Counted from the first letter of the stretch, positions 8,768 to 17,332 are shown. The stretch: 24,000 nt of DNA from Pirellula sp. (GCA_013822725.1 PNKX01000006.1:39549-63548); one strand, 5' to 3'. Numbers and translations: made by a program. The notes: generated by a model not told the origin, from the sequence alone.

Positions 8768-8830
8768 GAATCGACAAGGGTTCGTAGAGACGGTCACATG
8801 GGTAAATGTAGTCTCGAAGGCATTCGATTC
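8768..8830 (-). ncRNA. Y-RNA-like module 1 (short, YrlB-like, no tRNA-like domain)
   Basis: Closing stem GAAUCGA/UCGAUUC. Shares AAUGCC..CGAGACUACAU on the 5' strand and GUCUCUACGAA..CCCUUGUCG on the 3' strand with the other modules. 63 nt. Confidence 0.6.
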
Positions 8831-8855
8831 AGTTGTCGCCAGAAGTCCGCCGTCG

Positions 8856-8889
8856 GGGAGGGAGGGCGCCCGCAACGTCCCTCCCTCCC
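8856..8889 (-). other. Perfect 11-bp GGGAGGGAGGG/CCCUCCCUCCC hairpin with a 12-nt loop, between the rsr stop and the first Y-RNA-like module
   Basis: Arms at 8856-8866 and 8879-8889 are exact reverse complements. No U-tract follows on the minus strand, so it is more likely a processing or stability element than a terminator. Confidence 0.5.
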
Positions 8890-8900
8890 GCACTTGCTCG

Positions 8901-10478
8901 TTACAATCGCACCGCTTCGATCACGCGGACCCAGTGATCGCCGGCGAACTGGCCGCTCGCCACGTTGGCGAGCAACTCGAACACCTGATCGCTGAAGCCG
9001 CCGACGTTGATGATGTCGTCTCGCTCCTTGGCTTGCACCGTGCCTGACGGTTGAATGTCGATGCAGACCATTCGCGCCCGCGGATTGCGGGCTTTGAAGG
9101 CAGACCATTCATTCATCGTCGCGGTTCGGCCTCCGCCAAAACGACCGTAGCCGGGCGTATCGATCCACGACTCGTTATCCGAGACGAAGACCACCAAGTC
9201 GCCCACGGCGCGTCGCTGGTTGAGCGTTCGCAACGGGGCGCTGCAGTTCGTACCCGCAGGCGGCAACGACGAAAGCTTCTGGGCGTTCGTCATCACGCTG
9301 TTGCGCGGGTTCAGCCGAACGTTGACTGTTTGGTCGTTGAACGGCAGCACCTCCGCCTCCGGATTTTGTCGCAGCACCGCCGCCGCGACGAGCGCCGCCA
9401 CGTCGATGCAACGAACCGCAGTCGTCGCGCCGTGGCGATGGCCAGTGACAGGCGAGTGCATCGACCCCGACACGTCAGGGCAGATGAACGCCTTTCCCGC
9501 CACGCGGGGCACGTTCTTCAACGATAGTTCCATCGCGTCTTGCAGCGACTCGCGCACCGCCGTCGGCACGCGAGCGTCGGCGTTCGCGTATGCCGTCATC
9601 AACTGGTACGGGAAGACTCGCGCCTTCTCCACCAGCCGAGGATCGCGCAGCCGGTTGGCAATGAGCGTCGTCATTTCAGCATCCTCGAACACTTCGTGCC
9701 GCAGGAACGTGTTGAGATTCATCCGCGTCATTTGCCAAGGCGCCGTCCGCGCAATCTGCCGCCAATCTTTCTTCGTCAACGGCAACGCCGTCAACAGTTG
9801 GAACGGCACGTCGGGCACGGCGACCTTTCCCGGATTGGTGTTGCGCTTGAACTTTTCGTACTGCTTCACCAATTCCGGCAAGGCCTCGGCGTTGTGCTGA
9901 CGACCGATCAAGTAGCCGTACAACGCTTCCCGGGTTGGGTTCGCCGGCTTCGGGTGGACCAGTCGCAGCACGTCGGCCAGCGACGGAGCGTTGCCGACCG
10001 AACCAGTGAAGACCTGCGCGTCGCTCCGCGATTCAAGCCATTGAACGATTAACCGCTTCGGCAGCGTGCCCAAGCTCTTGCGACCCACTACGCCCGATCG
10101 CATGATTTGCACGAAGTTGCGGAGCATCTTCGGCGAGTCGATGACGCGATCGAAGGCCTCGGCTAGCAACCCCGGCGAGCGAACCGACAACACCGCCAAG
10201 AGCAGCGCCGGCATGTCTTTTATGTGGCCACGCTCACGAGCGTAGATGGCGGTACGAGCGATAAACTCCGGCTCAACGGCGTTGCACAGCATGAGAACCG
10301 CTTCGAGCTGCTCCTCTGCGGAGGCGTAAAAGGCCGCGCCCAGGCAACCAGTCGCCGCGTATTGGGCGAGGGCTTGCTTGTCGCTGCGCTGGTAGGCGAG
10401 GCCGCCCGCTTCGTTAACGGCGTCGGCCTTCGGGGTCAGGACGCCGCGGAGTGACTGGAAAAGTGATTTGTTCGCCAT
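8901..10478 (-). CDS. rsr: Ro60 ortholog (TROVE domain plus vWA domain) ribonucleoprotein Rsr
   Basis: 525 aa. N-terminal TROVE-like HEAT-repeat region. C-terminal vWA domain with the MIDAS motif DVSGSM. Located between the sigma54 promoter and the Y-RNA-like array, as in the described rsr-yrl-rtcBA operons. Confidence 0.88.
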   Translation of the reverse strand: MANKSLFQSLRGVLTPKADAVNEAGGLAYQRSDKQALAQYAATGCLGAAFYASAEEQLEAVLMLCNAVEPEFIARTAIYARERGHIKDMPALLLAVLSVRSPGLLAEAFDRVIDSPKMLRNFVQIMRSGVVGRKSLGTLPKRLIVQWLESRSDAQVFTGSVGNAPSLADVLRLVHPKPANPTREALYGYLIGRQHNAEALPELVKQYEKFKRNTNPGKVAVPDVPFQLLTALPLTKKDWRQIARTAPWQMTRMNLNTFLRHEVFEDAEMTTLIANRLRDPRLVEKARVFPYQLMTAYANADARVPTAVRESLQDAMELSLKNVPRVAGKAFICPDVSGSMHSPVTGHRHGATTAVRCIDVAALVAAAVLRQNPEAEVLPFNDQTVNVRLNPRNSVMTNAQKLSSLPPAGTNCSAPLRTLNQRRAVGDLVVFVSDNESWIDTPGYGRFGGGRTATMNEWSAFKARNPRARMVCIDIQPSGTVQAKERDDIINVGGFSDQVFELLANVASGQFAGDHWVRVIEAVRL

Positions 10479-10538
10479 GATTGGGTTCCTTCGATTCGCC
10501 CAAGTTCGTTACATGCCAGTTTCGATGGGATCACTTAA

Positions 10539-10554
10539 TGCAGGGAGCGTGCCA
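10539..10554 (-). promoter_or_regulatory. Sigma54 (-24/-12) promoter for the rsr / Y-RNA / rtcB / orphan / rtcA operon
   Basis: The minus strand reads TGGCAC-GCTCC-CTGCA with exact GG-N10-GC spacing. It lies about 60 nt upstream of the rsr ATG (10478) and is divergent from rtcR, which encodes a sigma54 activator. Confidence 0.75.
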
Positions 10555-10724
10555 CTACAGCCAGACCTGGGCAAGTAAATTTCATAAGTACTTTTACTGC
10601 AATGTGTTGCGAAACGTTCCGACCACTTGCTCGACCGAGTTTTCTGTAGCCACATAGCAATTTCTGTGATATTTTTAGATAGTCATTTATATGGCTGTAT
10701 ACGGCTGATCTTGGATCGGAACTC

Positions 10725-12305
<1,581 letters not shown>

Positions 12306-12419
12306 GCCAACCGCCGGGTAGAGAATCTATAGATTGAAGAACCAGTTGCTAAGCGTGGAGCATCTAGGGACCATGTTGGCGGTGCTGACGCAATGCAGGC
12401 AAGCTTCAACGCCAGTGTT

Positions 12420-12438
12420 AGCTTGACCAAGCTTTTTT
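12420..12438 (+). terminator. Weak intrinsic terminator candidate downstream of rtcR (AGCTT-GACC-AAGCT plus T6)
   Basis: A 5-bp stem followed by TTTTTT, 115 nt after the rtcR stop. The stem is short. Confidence 0.3.
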
Positions 12439-12623
12439 CGCTGTAAGACTTTGCAGCACATTCAAATTGCACTTGCGGTGTAAGCGACGCCGCGCCCTAT
12501 CCGACTCATAATCCATTGCTCGCAACTTTGCCCAACGGCAGCTTTTTCGATGCCTAGCGGAAAGCACGAAGTGGCGTCATGTGGGCTTATTGAATGAAAG
12601 CCTCTCGCATGCCTCCTTGCTCT

Positions 12624-12794
12624 CAGGGTTTTAATAATTGTTGCTAAGGTTCGATGAAACTTGGTACCCCTTGCAAGGGTGCAAAGGGGGAATTAAAAAA
12701 TCATAAAGTTCGGCAAGAGAAGAGGTTGTGCAAATCGCTAGATTAGCCTCATAATCTCGAGGTCGTCGGTTCGAATCCGGACCCGCCACTTTCA
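12624..12794 (+). ncRNA. Unclassified structured element, copy 1, ending in a tRNA-like variable-loop/T-arm/acceptor-3' segment
   Basis: Homologous to 15594-15765. Conserved blocks: GGGWTTTAAT, TCGAYRAAACTTGG, the hairpin CCCTTGCA-AGGR-TGCAAAGRGGG, AATTA, TAAAGTTCRGCAAGAG, the hairpin AATC-N4-GATT, AGCYTCA, the hairpin AYAAYC-TCGA-GGTYGT, then CGGTTCGAATCCGG and CCGCCACTTTCA. The T-loop TTCGAAT reads in sense only on the plus strand. Confidence 0.5.
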
Positions 12795-13111
12795 TTAATC
12801 TAAACCCTTTAAGGGCTTAGCATTCTTATCTTGAGCAGTGCCTCATCGTCTCCTACGGGGAAGTAACGTTGCTGCGTTGTTCCTCGTTAATGGCACTTTC
12901 ATTTGCCGCGGATCTTCTTGCTGGGTCTAAGATGTCGGCAACATTAAGATTTAGCTCGATGCTGGAGAGCGCGTCGAATTCGGCCAAGGGTTCACGCTCT
13001 AGGCGATGATGCCGCCGTGGCGGCAGGGGCGGGGGGGGCGATGCGGCGCGCTCCGCTGGCGCGTCACGGCTAAACGGCGGGGGGGGTGGCGGCGCGGGGA
13101 CTGCGGCCCTT

Positions 13112-13153
13112 GCTGACGCTTCGGGAAAGGGTTGTTCCTCGCTGACGCTTCGG
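13112..13153. repeat. Direct repeat GCTGACGCTTCGG x2 (13112-13124 and 13141-13153), each preceded by CCTY
   Basis: Read directly. It lies in the 3' flank of the cytochrome gene, next to two G8 tracts (13031-13038 and 13079-13086). Confidence 0.6.
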
Positions 13154-13219
13154 ATTGGTACTTACCTACTAGGCGCGCGCTGCGTAAGCGAGGGTAGCCG
13201 CGTTTAGGGCTCGCCCTTG

Positions 13220-15340
13220 CTAGCGCGGCGGGCGCCCAAGTGACGGGGATTGTTGTCGCAGTGGGTGGTCGTCCCACCAGCGCTGTACCGATTCGACCTT
13301 AGGCGGGTTAAGCTCGAGCATGCGCTCATACTCCCGCTGAGCATCACCAAACCGCCCGGCGACGAGCTGGCTTTCGATGAGCAACTGCCGGGCGCCGAAG
13401 CTATCGGGGAAGCGCTCAACCGCCTCTATGCAGGTTGCGGCGCAATCGCTCCAGCGGCCCAACTGCGCGTAGCACCGGGCCAACTCGTACCAATACCGCG
13501 CGATCCAGGGGTTGAGCTTGCGGGCGCGATCCCACCGTTCGGCGGCCGCCGACCATTGGCCAGCGCTGGCCAGCATCGACGCCGTGGCCGCCAGCGTGGT
13601 TTCTCGTCGCGGCTGGCGTTGGAGCACGTCTTCGAGATGTCGCAGGGCGGGCGAGAAGTCTCGGCTTCGCTCCAGCGCAAATGCCAGAGACTCGCGCGCG
13701 GGGGCGTCGGAGGGATCGTGCTCGACGGCCTGCCGCAGCAAGCCAATCGTCTGCGGTAGCAAGCTTCGATCAGCCACTTTCGGATGCCGGGACATGGCCA
13801 TCATGAGCGCAATGGCAATATTGCGAGACTGGTCCGGATCATTGGCGGCCGGCGCGGAACTGGGGTCTTGGGTTAGCGAAAACGCATCGAATGCGATCAG
13901 CGGCGACCACGTCGGCGACGGAACAGTCGTCCGGCGTGGCGGCGGCGCGGTCGGCGACCGCGGGATCCGGTGGTCGGTCGCCGCCGCGTGTTGAATCCGA
14001 GTGCTCGCGCGGGGCATGTGGCAAGCGATGCACGAGTCGTCGGCCTGCTGGGCGCGGCGCTCGTCCTGCGGCAACTGGCAATCCGCCTCGCCATGACAGT
14101 CGAGACAGCGGCGGCGATAGTACTCCGCCTTGGCAGCTTCCTCGGGCAATTGATGCGGGTCGTGGCACGAAATGCAGCCAAGCTTTCCCATGCTTCCCGT
14201 GTAGCAGCCGCTCTGGTGCATTTGCTCCACATGGCCGACGAAGCGATCGGCTGGCTCGCCGGCGGGCGCGTCGCTGGCCGCCGGCGTCGAGTCGGTCGAT
14301 GCCGCCGGGAGGAAAACAGCTTCGACGGCCGACCAGGGCAACCCCGGCCGAAAATCCTCGCGCTGGCGGCCGCGCGTTTCGACGCGCACCAGGCCGCCGA
14401 GGTGGCACTGCTGACAGACGGACTCGCGCAACGGCGGCTCCAGGTGCGCAGGATTGACGATAGTGAAGTCGGGTCCGGCGGCGACGGCTTCGTCGCCGCC
14501 GCCGTTTTCACGCGCGGCGACGTGCAGCTCGCCCGGGCCGTGACAGCGCTGGCAGCCAATCGCGTGGCCGGCAAAGATCGGCGGTTCGTACTGGTTGGCC
14601 GTCCCCTCGACGTGCAGTGCGCGATTGGCATGACAAAACAGGCACTCTGCAACCACCGGACGATTGAAATGCGAGTCATTCACCTCGTATCCGGGCGATA
14701 GGTCCCAGCCGTGATCGGCATACCACGTCATCGGCGACATAAATAAATGTCCGTCGCGCTCGATGAGATAGCTCCGGCCGGTGCGTCCGGAGCCGACGGC
14801 GTAGACGGCTTCGAACTCGGTGACCAACGCTTCCTTTCCGGTTGGCGAGAGGCGCGTCTCGCGATGGAACTGGCGGTCGCCGTCGCGGCGCACCTGGTAG
14901 GCATGGCCATCGAGCGTCAGCGGAAGGCGTCCTTCGGCCGTAAAGTTCTCGATAATCTCGGCGACGCCAACCGGGCTGAGGGAACGACCCATCGGGTGCT
15001 TGGCATAGGATGCGGCGATGTCGCTGTGGCACTCGGCGCACGAGGCGTCGCTGACGTAGGCGACGTCAGGGTGAACATTGCGATAAGGGGACGCTTGGAC
15101 GAGCGATGACCAGTCGCCGGGTTTGGCGATGGTTGCCGTGCGCGCAACCTGTGGGTTCGATAGGGTGGATTCACCCTGCCGGGGCGGATTCGTCCGCATC
15201 CAAATTAAATAGGCGAAGCCGCACGCGAACAAGATTCCCAGGCCGATTGACGCGATCCGGACCGGAATGCGACGTTTCCCCGGATTCGCGGCGGGCGGCA
15301 TGGAATGCGACATGAAACCATTGTTTCCACCGCGATGCAT
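13220..15340 (-). CDS. Membrane-anchored multiheme cytochrome c (7 CXXCH) fused to C-terminal TPR repeats
   Basis: 706 aa. N-terminal hydrophobic anchor IASIGLGILFACGFAYLIW. Heme motifs CAECH, CLFCH, CQRCH, CQQCH, CISCH, CLDCH and CIACH. The C-terminal 200 aa have TPR-like periodicity (WYELARCYAQLGRW...). The start could be a downstream ATG (15313 or 15301). Confidence 0.85.
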   Translation of the reverse strand: MHRGGNNGFMSHSMPPAANPGKRRIPVRIASIGLGILFACGFAYLIWMRTNPPRQGESTLSNPQVARTATIAKPGDWSSLVQASPYRNVHPDVAYVSDASCAECHSDIAASYAKHPMGRSLSPVGVAEIIENFTAEGRLPLTLDGHAYQVRRDGDRQFHRETRLSPTGKEALVTEFEAVYAVGSGRTGRSYLIERDGHLFMSPMTWYADHGWDLSPGYEVNDSHFNRPVVAECLFCHANRALHVEGTANQYEPPIFAGHAIGCQRCHGPGELHVAARENGGGDEAVAAGPDFTIVNPAHLEPPLRESVCQQCHLGGLVRVETRGRQREDFRPGLPWSAVEAVFLPAASTDSTPAASDAPAGEPADRFVGHVEQMHQSGCYTGSMGKLGCISCHDPHQLPEEAAKAEYYRRRCLDCHGEADCQLPQDERRAQQADDSCIACHMPRASTRIQHAAATDHRIPRSPTAPPPRRTTVPSPTWSPLIAFDAFSLTQDPSSAPAANDPDQSRNIAIALMMAMSRHPKVADRSLLPQTIGLLRQAVEHDPSDAPARESLAFALERSRDFSPALRHLEDVLQRQPRRETTLAATASMLASAGQWSAAAERWDRARKLNPWIARYWYELARCYAQLGRWSDCAATCIEAVERFPDSFGARQLLIESQLVAGRFGDAQREYERMLELNPPKVESVQRWWDDHPLRQQSPSLGRPPR

Positions 15341-15593
15341 AACAGCAAGGGTGCGCGAGAAGAAAGCAATTCACGGCGGCTAGGCCAACGGCGAACGTCT
15401 CGCCGCCGCGGAAGGTGATGCGGCCGTGAACGGAAACGTCGGCGAAAAAGCCTTTCTTCGTCCCCACGGGACTCCGCTTTGTTATGGAACCATAGCGGTT
15501 CCCGCGCACTGCTTTTCCTTTTACCCGTCGTACCTGCAGAGCACCAGTTTGCTGGGAGTGAATGGCACCCGCCTTACATCCCTTTTTGGGGCT

Positions 15594-15765
15594 GGGGATT
15601 TAATGGTCAATTGAGGAGGCTCGACAAAACTTGGCGCCCCTTGCAAGGATGCAAAGAGGGAATTAGAAGTCGTAAAGTTCAGCAAGAGTTGATGTTATGA
15701 GAATCACAAGATTAGCTTCACAACCTCGAGGTTGTCGGTTCGAATCCGGCCCTCCGCCACTTTCA
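15594..15765 (+). ncRNA. Unclassified structured element, copy 2, ending in a tRNA-like T-arm (paralog of 12624-12794)
   Basis: Over a 45-nt 5' block, 39 positions are identical to copy 1. Over the 3' 56 nt, about 49 are identical, with a 2-nt indel. T-arm GTCGG-TTCGAAT-CCGGC is fully paired. The perfect hairpin ACAACC-TCGA-GGTTGT shows compensatory changes relative to copy 1. A strong plus-strand terminator lies at 15825-15853. Confidence 0.5.
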
Positions 15766-15790
15766 GACCACTCGTTTTTCAGACCACTCG
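15761..15790 (+). repeat. Tandem duplication TTTCAGACCACTCG-TT-TTTCAGACCACTCG starting at the 3' end of element copy 2
   Basis: Exact 14-nt units at 15761-15774 and 15777-15790. Copy 1 shares only the first TTTCA. Confidence 0.8.
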
Positions 15791-15824
15791 ATGCAACTAT
15801 TCGCACGTTGTGGACCAAACGCTC

Positions 15825-15853
15825 AAAGCCCAGGCTTCACGCCTGGGCTTTTT
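15825..15853. terminator. Intrinsic terminator (AAAGCCCAGGC-TTCAC-GCCTGGGCTTT plus T-run), strongest on the plus strand and also placed 33 nt after the DUF1501 gene stop
   Basis: A perfect 11-bp GC-rich stem with a 5-nt loop. TTTTT follows on the plus strand and UUUG on the minus strand. Confidence 0.7.
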
Positions 15854-15885
15854 CGTTCCGCGGTTTGGCGTCGGCTGCAAAGTGC

Positions 15886-17304
15886 TCACGCCAGCACTTC
15901 GCGCACTACCCGCCCATGGACGTCGGTCAGCCGGCGGTTGGCCCCGTTACTGCGCACGGTGAGTCGTTCATGATCGATGCCCAGCAGGTACAGCACGGTC
16001 GCGTGGAAATCGTACGTCGTCGTCACATCGGTCTGGGCTTTCCAACTCCAGGGATCGCTCTCGCCGTACGAGACGCCCCCCTTGACGCCGGCGCCGCACA
16101 TCCAGCCGGCGAAGACGCCGCCGTTGTGGTCGCGGCCGGCGCCGCTTTGCGAGAAGGGCATCCGCCCGAACTCGGTATTCCAGAGCACGAGCGTGTCGTC
16201 GAGCAGGCCCCGCTGCTTCAGGTCGATCAGCAGCCCGGCGATCGGCTTGTCGGTCGCGGCGCACATCGGAGGGAGTTCGGTTTGGATGTTCGCGTGATTG
16301 TCCCAGTTGTTCGTCGGCCCGCCGGCGCCGCTCCAGACTTGGACGAACCGCACGCCCCGTTCGACCATCCGGCGCGCGACTAGGCAGCGCCGACCGAAGT
16401 CTTGCGTCACGTCCTCGTCGAGCCCGTACAGCGCGTGCATCCCCTGCGACTCGCGACTTAGATCAAACACTTCCGGCGCGCTGAGTTGCATCTTCGCAGC
16501 AAGTTCATAGGCGGCGATTCTCGCTTCCAGACGCGTGTCGCCGCCGACCGACTGGGCATGCCGCTCGTTCAATTGCTCTAGCAACGCGAGGCCGTCCCGT
16601 TCCGCTTGCGGCGTCGCGAACGTCGCGCTCGCCGGCGGCGCGAGATGGGCCATCGGCTCGGCGGCCGCCATGTTCACCGTCGTCCCCTGGTGCTGCACTG
16701 GTAGGAAGCCGGCGCTGAAGTTCCCCTTCTGGTTGTAGGGCAAGCCGCGAGCATCGGGCAGTACGACGAACGTCGGCAGATTGTCCGCCAGAGTCCCTAA
16801 GGCGTAACTCACCCACGAGCCCATTGATGGAAACCCAGGGAGCAGGAATCCCGTGTTCATCAGATAGCTGCCGGGACCATGGACGTTGGTACGGCTTTGC
16901 ATCGCCATGAAGAAGGCCAAGTCATCGACGTACTTTGCCAGATGCGGCAGCTGATCGCTCACCCAACGCCCCGATTGGCCATGTTGCCGCAGCGGGAACG
17001 GCGGCTTCAGCACATTGCCCGGGGCGCTGGTGGCAGCCTCGACGCGCACGCCGGCGCCCGGATCGAACGTCTGGCCGTGCAACTTCTCCAGCAGCGGCTT
17101 GTGATCGAACAGATCGACCTGACTCGCGCCGCCGTTCATGAAGAGTTGAATCACCCGCCGGACGCGCGCCGGATGATGCACGCCGCCGTAGAGCCCAAAA
17201 CCCGCGGCCGCGGGGATCGACTCGCCATGCGCGAGCAAGTCCGCGAGCGCTACGGCGCCGAAGCCGCCTCCCAGCGTTTGCAAGAATTCTCGTCGCGTCG
17301 TCAT
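15886..17304 (-). CDS. DUF1501 family (sulfatase-like) protein with a twin-arginine signal
   Basis: The ORF runs to 17394, but the ATG at 17304 gives MTTRREFLQTLGGGFGAVALA, a TAT signal. Typical partner gene of DUF1553 proteins in Planctomycetes. Conserved C-terminal GRDHN..GG motif. Confidence 0.88.
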   Translation of the reverse strand: MTTRREFLQTLGGGFGAVALADLLAHGESIPAAAGFGLYGGVHHPARVRRVIQLFMNGGASQVDLFDHKPLLEKLHGQTFDPGAGVRVEAATSAPGNVLKPPFPLRQHGQSGRWVSDQLPHLAKYVDDLAFFMAMQSRTNVHGPGSYLMNTGFLLPGFPSMGSWVSYALGTLADNLPTFVVLPDARGLPYNQKGNFSAGFLPVQHQGTTVNMAAAEPMAHLAPPASATFATPQAERDGLALLEQLNERHAQSVGGDTRLEARIAAYELAAKMQLSAPEVFDLSRESQGMHALYGLDEDVTQDFGRRCLVARRMVERGVRFVQVWSGAGGPTNNWDNHANIQTELPPMCAATDKPIAGLLIDLKQRGLLDDTLVLWNTEFGRMPFSQSGAGRDHNGGVFAGWMCGAGVKGGVSYGESDPWSWKAQTDVTTTYDFHATVLYLLGIDHERLTVRSNGANRRLTDVHGRVVREVLA

Positions 17305-17332
17305 GGTTGCTTCATTTTGCGTGGCGTCAAAC

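Noticed and set aside
8075-8830. CRISPR array, suggested by the periodic repeated motif
   Set aside because: The units differ in length (63-172 nt). The shared motifs are halves of imperfect helices rather than identical direct repeats separated by unique spacers. No cas genes are present.
8144-8893. Track ORFs 8144-8338 (-) and 8471-8893 (-), plus 8729-8995 (+)
   Set aside because: They run straight through the structured Y-RNA-like modules and hairpins. They have no protein-like composition and start inside RNA stems.
12572-12586. Sigma54-like TGGCGT-N5-GGGC upstream of element copy 1
   Set aside because: GG-N10-GC spacing is present, but both hexamers are poor. The position relative to the conserved block (about 40 nt) does not match the box upstream of copy 2. 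It is likely chance in GC-rich DNA.
12660-12676. Sigma54 promoter TTGGTACCCCTTGCA (and TTGGCGCCCCTTGCA at 15630-15645) inside the paired elements
   Set aside because: The spacing is GG-N8-GC, not the invariant GG-N10-GC. The string is better explained as one arm of the conserved CCCTTGCA/TGCAAAGGG hairpin.
12569-12794. tmRNA (ssrA), suggested by the GGTTCGAT/GGCTCGAC 5' block, a pseudoknot-like CCCTTGCAAGGGTGCAAAGGGGG and the T-arm 3' end
   Set aside because: It is far too short. There is no 5' acceptor strand complementary to the 3' end in copy 2. No frame encodes an ...ALAA-type tag followed by a stop. The two copies differ in frame through the would-be tag region.
13026-13100. G-quadruplex from the G4/G8 runs
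   Set aside because: Four G3+ tracts within 7-nt loop limits cannot be assembled at either site. Only homopolymer tracts can be claimed.
12624-15765. attL/attR of an integrated island flanking the cytochrome gene
   Set aside because: The two elements are diverged paralogs of about 170 nt rather than short identical direct repeats. No integrase, excisionase or transposase lies between or beside them.
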